This document shows, piece after piece, positions 10,154 through 19,621 of a stretch of 64,000 nt of DNA. Source of the DNA: an uncultured Planctomycetota bacterium (GTDB taxonomy: Bacteria > Planctomycetota > Brocadiia > JAADGH01 > CAYPFP01); NCBI GenBank assembly GCA_964409935.1, contig CAYPFP010000005.1:25640-89639 (forward strand), given 5' to 3'. The notes under the pieces are model-generated. The model saw only the letters and a program-made list of their open reading frames with translations. It ran no database searches and had not been told where the DNA came from. Both the position numbers and the translations under genes were made by a program. How positions within the stretch are numbered: the first letter of the stretch is position 1; the number at the start of each line of letters is the position of its first letter.

Positions 10154-10184
10154 GTGCCCATGCGACCCGGGGCCGCATGGGCAC
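10154..10184 (-). terminator. stem-loop terminator candidate downstream of the GltS-domain gene
   Basis: Perfect 11-bp inverted repeat gtgcccatgcg / cgcatgggcac with a GC-rich loop, about 40 nt after the stop at 10223. On the transcribed strand it is followed by UCAUCUUUUA. Confidence 0.45.
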
Positions 10185-10222
10185 GCTACTACCACATCAA
10201 GTCGTGTGCCCCCCATGAAGGA

Positions 10223-11800
10223 TCAGCCGAGAATTCGCTCGGCCTCCTCCTTATCAGCATCCATGACATAGCGAATGCCGGTCACTTCGGCGGCGTCACG
10301 CGACAGTGCGACGATATCGTCGCGGGTGATGTACTCGAGCGCGAACTTGCGCTCGCCGCACATGAGCTGGCGCAAGCCTTGGGAGATGCGCTGGAAATAT
10401 GTGTAGAGGCCCATGGCTCCGGGAGCAATCTTTCTGAAGTCATCGCCAAAGCGCTTTCTCAGTTGTGCGGCGAGTACGAAGATCTCGTTAAGTGTTCGGC
10501 CATACTTCTCGACGGACCTGGGGATGTTTTCCTCCTCGACGAAGCGGCCGATGGTCTTGCCCACCATCGTTGCGGTGAGCGGCGCTCGGGCCATGCCAAC
10601 GGCCTTGACGTACGGCGCGCCCAGCGCCAGCGCCTTGAAGATGTGATCCTCAAGGGAGAAGCCGCCCGCAAGGACCACGTCCGGCACATGCGCGCCGCGC
10701 TTGGCCAGTTTGTCCACGTAGCGGTATGTGAGGGCTGCCGTCTCGATGGGGGGAAGTCCCCATTCGTTCATCATCCGCCAGGGACTCATTCCCGTGCCGC
10801 CGCCGGCGGCATCCACCGTAAGAACGTCAATGCCGGCGATCGAGGAGAACTTTACAGCGCGCGCGAGGTCGGCGGGGCGGTAGGCGCCGGTCTTCAGGAA
10901 GACGTACTTGGCTCCCAGCTTCCTCAGTTCCTTGACGCGATTGACAAACTCCTCTTCATTGACCATGCCGACGCGCGAATGGCGCTCGAACTCTTTGAAG
11001 GCCCCGCGGCCAAAGGCTTCTTCCACCACAGGATCGAAGGGGTCGGGCAACACGATATAACCGCGGTTCTTGAGCAGGCGGGCCTTCTCCACGCTGTCAA
11101 TCTTCACCTCCCCGCCGATCGTCTTGGCGCCCTGTCCCCACTTGAGTTCGACGGCATTGACGCCGAGCTTCTCCAGGCCATACTCCAGTACGCCCAAGCG
11201 CGAGTCTTCGACGTTGCTCTGAAGCACGATAAGGCCGGCGCCGTCCTGCTGCCAGTCTGCATATAAGCGGACCCGGTGCTCCAAGTCGGGGCTGTGCACA
11301 ACGCGCCCTTTCTCGATGACCGCCTCGTCGTCCATTCCCACGACGTTCTCCCCGATGGTCAGGGCAACGCCAGAGATGGCTGCGCCGATGGCAAGCCCGT
11401 CCCAGTTTCGGCGGGCCACGTCGGTTGATCCCAGACCAGGAATTATGATTGGGAGTCTCAGGAGGATGCCTCTGTCGCGCCCCACCCGGACTTCGGTGGC
11501 AACATTCGTGAAGGTGGCCTTGTCGGGGTCTGCCTCAATCCCATGGGCGCCCACGGCGGTTCCCATGATGTTCAAGTGGGAGTAGTCAATGGGGTATGTC
11601 TTCTGCGCCGCCGCCGTAATGGCGCCGAAGGGCTGCGGGTAGATGACTTCCGCCGCACGGAAGGCCGATTTGCCCACCTCGCAAAGCCCCGGACATCCCT
11701 CGATGCACGTGGCGCACAGCCCGCTCATGGGCGACACGTCCCCCGGCGTACGGTTTCTTGTTTCTGTTGCTGCTGTTGCATTCACCTTCGACAAAGTCAT
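10223..11800 (-). CDS. glutamate synthase domain-2-like FMN-binding protein (archaeal-type GltB-related) with N-terminal Cys cluster
   Basis: Conserved Glu_synthase core (GMSPW, LAGGFSLEDH, TIM-barrel FMN region). CATCIEGCPGLC motif is near the N-terminus. ATG at 11800 has a GGAGG RBS; the track start at 11851 lacks one. Confidence 0.7.
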   Translation of the reverse strand: MTLSKVNATAATETRNRTPGDVSPMSGLCATCIEGCPGLCEVGKSAFRAAEVIYPQPFGAITAAAQKTYPIDYSHLNIMGTAVGAHGIEADPDKATFTNVATEVRVGRDRGILLRLPIIIPGLGSTDVARRNWDGLAIGAAISGVALTIGENVVGMDDEAVIEKGRVVHSPDLEHRVRLYADWQQDGAGLIVLQSNVEDSRLGVLEYGLEKLGVNAVELKWGQGAKTIGGEVKIDSVEKARLLKNRGYIVLPDPFDPVVEEAFGRGAFKEFERHSRVGMVNEEEFVNRVKELRKLGAKYVFLKTGAYRPADLARAVKFSSIAGIDVLTVDAAGGGTGMSPWRMMNEWGLPPIETAALTYRYVDKLAKRGAHVPDVVLAGGFSLEDHIFKALALGAPYVKAVGMARAPLTATMVGKTIGRFVEEENIPRSVEKYGRTLNEIFVLAAQLRKRFGDDFRKIAPGAMGLYTYFQRISQGLRQLMCGERKFALEYITRDDIVALSRDAAEVTGIRYVMDADKEEAERILG

Positions 11801-11993
11801 CGGACACCTCCCTGCAGAAGTCAAGAGTCGCCGGTCATGCCAAGGGAACATTCCCTCTCAGCGGAACCCACACGATCGGCGAGTGCCTCAACCGACTGGA
11901 ACCATGGATACAAAACGTGTTATTAAAGCAACATGGGCCCATCTTGTCAAAGCCAATCTCCCCGTTACCACAATGTGGGAGAACCGGAAGCAA

Positions 11994-13064
11994 TCACAGT
12001 CTTGGCGGGCGAAGGTGACGTGCAGTTCCCCGAACCAGCAGAATCAGCAGGATCAGCGCGCACGATACCCGCGCGGGAAAGGGGAGAAGCTCGCCTCCTT
12101 TCCATGTTGAGCCGCTGGCCTCGAGTCCAATCACGGCATAGAGCCAGTTCAGCAGAAGCCCCAGGGCGATGCTCACAACGCCGATGGAGGTCAGATATAT
12201 GAGCACGGAGCGCCTGCCAAGATACTGCGATACCATGAAGATGGTGGCCACATTGGTGGCCGGGCCTGCCAACAGGAGCACAAGGGCGGCGCCGGGCGAC
12301 AGTCCCTTGGCCACCAACATGGCCGCGAGCGGGGTCGAGGCCGTGGCACAGATGTACAGCGGCATGCTCACCCCCAGTATGGCAAGCATGGCCAGCAAAC
12401 CTGTCCCTGCGTATTCCTCAAAGAAACCTTTGGGCACCGCCGCGCCGACCAAGCCGGCTAGAAAAAGACCGATCGCCAGCCAGGGCGCCAGGTCTGTGAG
12501 CAACTCACCATAGCCGTACTCTGCGGCAATGCGCGCTCGCCCCAGGAGGCCGATGGGCGGCGCAGGGGCATGTTCCCCGCAATGACCACAGTCACACGGA
12601 GTTGAGTCGTCACCTGCCCCGCGCACCGCTCCCTTCGAGGCGTTGCGCGATCCCCCCAGCACATTCTCCAGCACACCTGCTATGATTGCCGTGCAAAGAG
12701 CGGCCAGCGGCCGGAAGGCCGAGATGAGGGGATCCAACACCGCGAAACTCAAGGTGATGGAGTCAGCACCCGTTTCGGGTGTTGAGATCAGGAATGAGAT
12801 GGTGGCCCCCTTGCTTGCCCCTTTGCGGTGAATGGCAATAGCGGTAGGAATGACGGCGCAAGAGCATAGGGGCAGAGGAATTCCGAGAAGAGCGGCCCTG
12901 ACGACCGAGCGAAGGGTATCCGGCCCCAGACCTCTCATGATCTTCTCTGCCGGACAGAAGGCATGGAGAAGGCCAGCGGCAAGGAGTCCGAGAAGAACAT
13001 ACATCGAGGCGTCGAGGAACACGCCAACCGTTTCCTCGACGATACGAACGAGAAGGTCAAACAT
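11994..13064 (-). CDS. COG0701/DUF318-type permease with CxxC metal-binding motifs
   Basis: 8-10 TM helices, LPLCSCA in TM2, and a cytoplasmic CDCGHCGEHA loop. Confidence 0.6.
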   Translation of the reverse strand: MFDLLVRIVEETVGVFLDASMYVLLGLLAAGLLHAFCPAEKIMRGLGPDTLRSVVRAALLGIPLPLCSCAVIPTAIAIHRKGASKGATISFLISTPETGADSITLSFAVLDPLISAFRPLAALCTAIIAGVLENVLGGSRNASKGAVRGAGDDSTPCDCGHCGEHAPAPPIGLLGRARIAAEYGYGELLTDLAPWLAIGLFLAGLVGAAVPKGFFEEYAGTGLLAMLAILGVSMPLYICATASTPLAAMLVAKGLSPGAALVLLLAGPATNVATIFMVSQYLGRRSVLIYLTSIGVVSIALGLLLNWLYAVIGLEASGSTWKGGELLPFPARVSCALILLILLVRGTARHLRPPRL

Positions 13065-13072
13065 CCGCGGGA

Positions 13073-15670
13073 TCAGTCCTGGTTCAGGATAGGCACGGGA
13101 ATCTCTAGAGAAACGGGCGCGCCGTTCAATGTCAGGCGTTCGCCGCCCACGAGCACAGCGGCGGGCAACTTCCCGCTTTCGTTCAGAATGATCCCAACGC
13201 GCCCGTCCGTCTCCATGCCGGTGGGCGACGCCTTCAACTTTTCATTATACGATACAATGCCATGTGCCGTCCAGCCGTTCGCAGTGATGGAAAACCAGAG
13301 GTCATATCCTATAGTCTCCGTTGCGTCCGGCAAGGTCACCAGCCCGGCCTCGAAGGTCTCGACCTGTGGTCCACTGCGCCACGGCTCCACGAGGGCGAGG
13401 AATGCCGCCCCATATCCCCTCTGGCGAGCCAAGACCATCGGTAAACGCTCAGTCGGCGGGTTGCCCATGCCGTCTGCCGTGATGACGTCCATACCAGCAG
13501 TTGAAGGCAGCATGAGCGACAAGCCCCTGTCGCCCTCCGAGAAGTCCACACGTAGGGGCGCCCCCGGCTCGTTAAGTCGCGCGAGGCTCTGCAGCATCTC
13601 ATAGCCGTAGGACGCCCAAAGCCGCTTGGGGGTCGGCGAGAATTGCTGCGCCGTCTTCAGCTTTCCGCGGCAGTGCAACACCCAATCGTATGTGTGTTCG
13701 GAGGTCCCGAGGGCGCGGTCAACGATCAGGATACAGCGGTCGCCAATCATACCCACGAACCTGTCGCACAACACTCCAGGATACACGCTATCGGTGCTCA
13801 CGGCGAGGAGTTGAAAGGTCTTCGTGCTATGGACAAAATCCAGGAGGCCATAGCCGGGCGTTTGCGACTTCTGATCCACGACGATCGTGTTATGGCTGAC
13901 CGTTTGGCGATACCAGTTCTCCTGTGCGGGCGCACTTGGCTTGACGGACCCCGAATCAACGCACATCTCACGCCCGTGAGCAAATAATACGAAGGACAGC
14001 TTGTCCAAGTGTCCTTGTGCGCCGCCATGTGGACCGTAATCCAGAGCGAGATAGAAAGGTTCGGTTCCAGACGAACGCAGGACTGCAAGACCTGCGGTGT
14101 CAAACAGGGTCGTGCCAAGAACCGGGGCCGGTACAGACTCAAGGAGCGGCTGTCCATAGAGAACGTGCTCGATACCCAAGCGAGCGGAGTTGGACAGGAG
14201 CCATGGGAACATCGCTTCCCCCGGGTACTGAACGTGGGCGACCTCGTAGGGCCAGTCGCCTTCGAGCCTGCACACTGCGCCATTATCGAAGGGGGGGAGT
14301 GTGCGGTTCGGCTGCATCGCCAGCACAGGGGCTGTAAACATCCTGCCCAGGGAGGACGTGAAGAGGTCAACACCAAAATGCGAAGCGGTTTCCGCCGCCA
14401 GAGTCAATGCCTCCATCGCCAGCAAATGGCGGTTCCAGGAACCTTCGCGCCACATGCCGTCAGGTCCGATGCCCTGGAGAGCCAGGCGGCGGACACCGTA
14501 TTCTCCCTCGACAGCGCGGTAGGCAAGATCGCAGTCGCGGAGTGCGAATCCTATGAGGGCGATGGCCGCCGCGCGCCAGCACATGTCGCTTGACACCGCC
14601 TGGGGAGGTCTCCCTATCAAGTCAGCGGCAGGCCGCAAGAGATGGCGCTCCACGAGCCGCTTATGGCGCTCGCCCATGGCTCCTGAGCCGGCGATAAGGT
14701 CATAGGCGTGCGCTAAGGGAATCACCCACTTCGCCTCGTCAACGCTCTGCGAGGCCACTCTGCCGATATCTCCGCCCGACGGTCCGCGAGCGCCCTGGAT
14801 GGGGTATTTCCGGTACCGCCTGGCGTAACCGACAAGGATGTCGCAGCACTTTCGAGCGTAAGCTGTGTCTCTCGTGAACCAGTAGGCCAGTCCCAGGGCG
14901 CGCGCCGCCAGGGCCAGCCGGGTATGCTCCTGTGCCACTGTGACGGAGTCATACGGCTCGCCCTTGAAGACCTCGCGGCAGAGTGGACACTCATGGGCTT
15001 GGAGGCCCATGGGCCTCAGCGATACGCCACACTTCCTGCACACATAGAGGTCTGGCGATTTTCCCCCTTGCGACGGAATCTCGATTGTCTTAGCCAACCA
15101 CGCGCTGGCCAACCTCATCAGGGCGTCGTAGCTTACGCGCGCCCATTCGGCATTCTGTACCTTTGCCCGTGCCGCGTCAATCTGATCGCGGGTGACCATG
15201 ACGGAAGGCCGGCCGATCTCGGGCATGGGCGCAGGCACCTGTGCCGCCACCTCGACGCCGCTGCCGGGTTTTTCGGCAATGTCAAACCTGACTACAATGT
15301 TCTCGACATAGAGCGGAGGGAGGCGACGCGAACTGCGCCCCGCCAACGCCACACTCAACATCCCAGCGGTTTTGGGCGGCAGTTTCAGCGTCGTTGAGCC
15401 CGCAATCGGCCGAAAAGCCCGCAAGCCATCCTCGGCAACGGCAACATGGATCGCATGGGCCTGGACGTCGCGGTTCTTGATGTGGAACTCAATCTCCACC
15501 ACCTGTTCGGGCTTCTGCCCGCCGAGCCGGCTAACCCGAAGGATGTCAACCGAGAGCAATGCCGAGGAATCCGCGGTCTTGTTTTCGCCACGCACGACGC
15601 CCGCAAACAGCACCACGCCGAAGAGGAGCAGCCTGAGAACAGGATGTTGACGCCGTCGAATGGCCGACAT
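13073..15670 (-). CDS. heparinase II/III-like (alginate-lyase-fold) secreted protein with embedded Cys4 ribbon
   Basis: Signal peptide. Central alpha/alpha toroid-like region and C-terminal DKLSFVLFAHGREM heparinase II/III motif. Contains CRKCGVSLRPMGLQAHECPLC (C-x2-C-x13-C-x2-C). The stop is 9 bp before the permease start. Confidence 0.55.
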   Translation of the reverse strand: MSAIRRRQHPVLRLLLFGVVLFAGVVRGENKTADSSALLSVDILRVSRLGGQKPEQVVEIEFHIKNRDVQAHAIHVAVAEDGLRAFRPIAGSTTLKLPPKTAGMLSVALAGRSSRRLPPLYVENIVVRFDIAEKPGSGVEVAAQVPAPMPEIGRPSVMVTRDQIDAARAKVQNAEWARVSYDALMRLASAWLAKTIEIPSQGGKSPDLYVCRKCGVSLRPMGLQAHECPLCREVFKGEPYDSVTVAQEHTRLALAARALGLAYWFTRDTAYARKCCDILVGYARRYRKYPIQGARGPSGGDIGRVASQSVDEAKWVIPLAHAYDLIAGSGAMGERHKRLVERHLLRPAADLIGRPPQAVSSDMCWRAAAIALIGFALRDCDLAYRAVEGEYGVRRLALQGIGPDGMWREGSWNRHLLAMEALTLAAETASHFGVDLFTSSLGRMFTAPVLAMQPNRTLPPFDNGAVCRLEGDWPYEVAHVQYPGEAMFPWLLSNSARLGIEHVLYGQPLLESVPAPVLGTTLFDTAGLAVLRSSGTEPFYLALDYGPHGGAQGHLDKLSFVLFAHGREMCVDSGSVKPSAPAQENWYRQTVSHNTIVVDQKSQTPGYGLLDFVHSTKTFQLLAVSTDSVYPGVLCDRFVGMIGDRCILIVDRALGTSEHTYDWVLHCRGKLKTAQQFSPTPKRLWASYGYEMLQSLARLNEPGAPLRVDFSEGDRGLSLMLPSTAGMDVITADGMGNPPTERLPMVLARQRGYGAAFLALVEPWRSGPQVETFEAGLVTLPDATETIGYDLWFSITANGWTAHGIVSYNEKLKASPTGMETDGRVGIILNESGKLPAAVLVGGERLTLNGAPVSLEIPVPILNQD

Positions 15671-15789
15671 GCTCCGTACCTCGTGCTCGCTTAGTCAATG
15701 AAGACGGAAGGGATTGCGGCGTATTATACGGCACGGGGTTCCTGAATGAAACCGCGCATTTGGACGCCAGAGGCGGGGCGACGTTGCTG

Positions 15790-17265
15790 TCAACCCACCA
15801 CCGGCGCTTCGACAATCGCGCTGGCGCCCAGATTGTACGCCCGCTTCAGGGCCTCGCGCAAGTCCCCCGCGCTTTCCACGCGCTCGACAGCGCAACCTGG
15901 GGATTTCCCAATCTTGCCGAGCGCCACGACCACAATCGGGATCCGATGCTCGATGCTGGCCGAAAGAACATCGGCCGCCGCCTCAACGCCCTCAGGGGTC
16001 ACAACTGCAAGGGACTTGCGGTCCGGCCAGGCAAGTTTTGCCCCAACCGCCGCCGCAATGCCAAAGCCGGGCCATGCGTTTGAACAGGCCGTGATATGCG
16101 TTCGCGGCAAGGAGAAGGCCATCCTTTGAAATACCGCTGCTTGCGCGAGGCCATGCGAACTCGCCACAAAGGCTTCCGGCTCCAAATACCGTCTAACCTC
16201 GCCCAGGACGACAGATGTCGTAAGCCGCACTTGCGATTCTTGGTTCCCCGCGTCCAGGTGGTTGAACCACTCTTTCTTGAGCTGCGTAATCTCATGGAAA
16301 TACGGCATCCTGACGTACAGACGAGGCTTCGTGGTCTCCCGCAGTTTGCGCAACATCGCGTTGAGGACCATCTTGGCGTCGCCGACAATGCCGACCGTTA
16401 CCGGGAGAACGCTACCAATACGGGTCGGCTCAACATCAACCTGAACCAGCTTCGTTGGAGGCACCCGGCAGCTTGGAGCACCATCATAGGGCGCAATAAC
16501 CTCGCCACAAAGCCGGCAACCCACCGCAAACAACACGTCCGCCTGCGCCGTCAGTCTGTTCCCGCAGGACGTACCCATTGCGCCAGTGTGCCAGCCATAG
16601 AGCGGGTGGGACTCCGGAAAGGCGCTCTTTCCCATGAGCGTTGTCACCACGGCTGCGCCCATATGCTCGGCCAAGGCCTTCAGTTCTCCGGTCGCGTCCG
16701 ACTCGATAACGCCCCCGCCGGCGAGTATCACGGGTCGTTTTGAGGCCTTGAGCAATCGGAGCGCCTTGTCAATCTGCGCGGCGTCTCCGAACATTCTTCC
16801 GCCGGGCATGTGATCCTTCGCATCGGGGATCTCCGCTTCAGCCTCGGCCTCGAAGGCCGTGCGCTGAATCTCGACTACAACCGGGCCTCTCCGCCCGGTC
16901 ATCATAGCGTTCCAGGCCCGATGCAGGACCTGCGGCAAGTCGCCGGGTCCGCTAACCCGCATATACGCCTTGGCAGACCCTGGCCGCAAATCCGACGGCG
17001 GTGTGAACACCATCATGGCAGCAGTAGTAGCCGTCGCCTTGGGTGCGAACACGGCCATGGGCCGTCCGCACACACGATAGTAAGCATACGCGATGCCACG
17101 GGCACTCGCCTCGCCGGTAACCGATACGAGCCGAATGCGTTCAGACTTCGGCGCCGCAGCCCCGGCGACGGCGACTGCGTGCGTAACTCCCGCCTTCGCA
17201 AGGAACCGCTCAATGATGTCTGCTCCCGTGAGTGTGGACATGCCAATCCCAATGGGAGAAAGCAT
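15790..17265 (-). CDS. thiamine-diphosphate-dependent enzyme, acetolactate-synthase-like three-domain fold (atypical)
   Basis: N-terminal Pyr domain (GADIIERFLAKAGV...GPG), a middle domain, and a C-terminal PP domain. The canonical GDG Mg-binding motif is replaced (TPEG). An alternative ATG at 17241 gives MSTLTGADII. Confidence 0.55.
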   Translation of the reverse strand: MLSPIGIGMSTLTGADIIERFLAKAGVTHAVAVAGAAAPKSERIRLVSVTGEASARGIAYAYYRVCGRPMAVFAPKATATTAAMMVFTPPSDLRPGSAKAYMRVSGPGDLPQVLHRAWNAMMTGRRGPVVVEIQRTAFEAEAEAEIPDAKDHMPGGRMFGDAAQIDKALRLLKASKRPVILAGGGVIESDATGELKALAEHMGAAVVTTLMGKSAFPESHPLYGWHTGAMGTSCGNRLTAQADVLFAVGCRLCGEVIAPYDGAPSCRVPPTKLVQVDVEPTRIGSVLPVTVGIVGDAKMVLNAMLRKLRETTKPRLYVRMPYFHEITQLKKEWFNHLDAGNQESQVRLTTSVVLGEVRRYLEPEAFVASSHGLAQAAVFQRMAFSLPRTHITACSNAWPGFGIAAAVGAKLAWPDRKSLAVVTPEGVEAAADVLSASIEHRIPIVVVALGKIGKSPGCAVERVESAGDLREALKRAYNLGASAIVEAPVVG

Positions 17266-17298
17266 GGTCTTAGACAGAGTCGGATTGCCGGCTGTGTT

Positions 17299-18111
17299 TC
17301 AGAGCTTGCTTTTCAGATACTCCAGGTTTTTCTTTGCTGAGGCCGACGCGTCCGTGTCAGAAATCGTCTCCAACGTGAGCCAACCGTCATACCCGGCGGC
17401 CTTGATAGCCTGGCAGATCGCCCCGAAGTCCAGAATTCCGCCTTCGCCCAGGTGGCAAGGCGTGAACGGACGCTGACTGCCCGCCGGGTTGGGCTTGATG
17501 TCCTTGATGTGGATGTGCGCGAGGTGCTCCTTGCCCAGGAACCGGATCCCTTCCACGGCATCGGCTCCCGCCTGCTGGGTGTTGGCGACGTCCCAATAGA
17601 CTTGCACGTACCTGGCATTGACGGCCTTGATGATGGCCATGCAGTCCTGGTGGGTCGCGAGCTGCGGACGGGTGCAAGGTTCAATCGCCACAGTCACCCG
17701 ATGCCGCTCAGCGTCGGATGCAATGGTCTTACAGAACTCGATCCAGCGCTGAACCGCCTCATCAGGAGTAGCATTAGGGTTGGAGAGCGGCGCAAGGATG
17801 CACCGCGAGTTGAGCGCGTCGCAGGCTTCGAGGGTTTGCTTCATGATCTTCACGGCCTCGGCGCGCACGGCCGGATCCTTATCCGCCGGGCTCCACTTCC
17901 AGTAGCCGCCGATGCACACGCACGAGGTCTCAACACCCGTAGCCTTCATCATGCTCTGAATCTGGGCGCGCTTGGCAGAGTCGAGGACCTCCGCCTTCTG
18001 GTACTCCGGCCCGACCTCCATCTCGACCCCATTAAAGCCGAGCTTCGCCGCCTCGCCATACACCTTGTCCCAAGGCTGCCGCAAGACGCCTATCCTGACT
18101 CCGAATTTCAT
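17299..18111 (-). CDS. sugar phosphate isomerase/epimerase (xylose-isomerase-like TIM barrel)
   Basis: MKFGVRIG... with the AP-endonuclease-2/xylose isomerase-like pattern. ATG at 18111 has an AAGGAAG RBS; the longer track ORF start has none. Confidence 0.65.
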   Translation of the reverse strand: MKFGVRIGVLRQPWDKVYGEAAKLGFNGVEMEVGPEYQKAEVLDSAKRAQIQSMMKATGVETSCVCIGGYWKWSPADKDPAVRAEAVKIMKQTLEACDALNSRCILAPLSNPNATPDEAVQRWIEFCKTIASDAERHRVTVAIEPCTRPQLATHQDCMAIIKAVNARYVQVYWDVANTQQAGADAVEGIRFLGKEHLAHIHIKDIKPNPAGSQRPFTPCHLGEGGILDFGAICQAIKAAGYDGWLTLETISDTDASASAKKNLEYLKSKL

Positions 18112-18251
18112 GGCCTCTTCCTTTCCCGCGTTTGGTAAGATATCTGCGCCAACCGTACGGGCCAAACAATACACGAGGCCGCGCGGAGGGTCAAGCGGGA
18201 ATTGTCTGGACAGCCCTGGCAGTCTGGACTGCCGTGGGAGGAGGAACACAC

Positions 18252-19550
18252 ATGGAGCGTCGAATGATTGCAGCAGCGTTGGCTATGGTCACCCTTGGAA
18301 CGCCTCTGGCAGGGGAAGAGGCGAAGACGAACTTTGAGCTCGTTCCCGCCAGACTAGTCACCGTACGCGATGGTCTTGGCAACGTTTTTGAAAAGCTCCG
18401 CAAGGGCAAGGAGGTCCGGGTGGCCTACTTCGGGGGCAGCATCACGGCGGCCGCAGGCTGGCGGGTCAAGACCCTCGACTGGTTCAAGAAGACATACCCC
18501 GCAGCCAAGATCAGCGAGATTAACGCAGCCATTGGGGGAACCGGCTCCGACCTGGGCGTCTACCGCTTCCGGCAGGACGTCCTCCAGCACAAACCCGACC
18601 TTGTCTTTGTCGAGTTTGCCGTGAATGATGGCGGCGCCTCTCCGGAGAACATCTGGCGCGGTATGGAAGGAATCGTGCGCCAGGCATGGAAGGCCGACCC
18701 GACGATTGACATTTGCTATGTGTACACACTCAGCCTCAATATGGTGAGCGACTACGAAAAGGGGCTTTGCTCCCGGGCCGCCTCGGCTGACGAGAAACTG
18801 GCAGAATACTACGGAATACCCTCCATCAACGTAGCCCTGCGTACGGTGCAACTCGCCGGGGAAGGCAAACTCATCTACAACGCGAAGACCGGCCCCGACG
18901 GGAAGCCCCTGCCGCCACCGCAAGGCATTTTTGTGTTTACGGGCGATAGCTGTCATCCAACGGAGGCCGGGCATCAGATGTACTCCGAGACTATTGCCGA
19001 TGCCTTGAAGCAGATCGAAGTGGCATCAAAGCCAAGGCGGCACACGCTAAAGCCCCCGATGGCGTCTGACAACTGGGAGGAAGCGAAACTCGTCCCAATC
19101 GAGGCCTCCATGCTCACCTCAGGCTGGCGGAAACTGAGCGAGACGGACCCGCTTTGGAAGTCGTTTCACAACCGGCTGCCAGACATCTGGGTTGCGGACA
19201 AGCCAGGCGAACGCATCACCTTTCGATTCAAAGGCACCACCGCACGTTTGTTCGATCTCGTCGGCCCGGACGGGGCACAGGCCATTGTGACTGTTGACGG
19301 CAAGCGCGGCGCGCACCTCGTTCCACGATTCGACAGCTATTGCTCCTATCACCGATTGTCTTGCATGCGCATCGCAGAGCAACTGCCTGATGCCATCCAC
19401 ACTGTCGAGATTGAGATTCACCCAGAGCAACCCGACCGCAGCATCGTGGCAAAGGCAGGCAGAGAAAAGCCCGGCTTCGATCCCAAGAAATACGATGGGA
19501 CCGCCATGCGCGTTGGGTATATCATGCTTCTTGGAGATATTGTCCGCTAA
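18252..19550 (+). CDS. SGNH/GDSL-like hydrolase family secreted protein
   Basis: GGAGGAGG RBS then ATG (MERRMIAA...) and a signal peptide. Has the block-I motif YFGGSITA and FVEFAVNDG. Confidence 0.6.
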   Translation: MERRMIAAALAMVTLGTPLAGEEAKTNFELVPARLVTVRDGLGNVFEKLRKGKEVRVAYFGGSITAAAGWRVKTLDWFKKTYPAAKISEINAAIGGTGSDLGVYRFRQDVLQHKPDLVFVEFAVNDGGASPENIWRGMEGIVRQAWKADPTIDICYVYTLSLNMVSDYEKGLCSRAASADEKLAEYYGIPSINVALRTVQLAGEGKLIYNAKTGPDGKPLPPPQGIFVFTGDSCHPTEAGHQMYSETIADALKQIEVASKPRRHTLKPPMASDNWEEAKLVPIEASMLTSGWRKLSETDPLWKSFHNRLPDIWVADKPGERITFRFKGTTARLFDLVGPDGAQAIVTVDGKRGAHLVPRFDSYCSYHRLSCMRIAEQLPDAIHTVEIEIHPEQPDRSIVAKAGREKPGFDPKKYDGTAMRVGYIMLLGDIVR

Positions 19551-19621
19551 TCTGCGGCGTGAGAACCAACACTACGACCCAGGCAAGCTAGTAAGAGGGA
19601 CACAGATTCGCGAGGATCCGT

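Noticed and set aside
10109-11266. 385-aa plus-strand ORF antisense to the GltS-domain gene
   Set aside because: No recognisable domain. The opposite strand has clear conserved Glu_synthase blocks.
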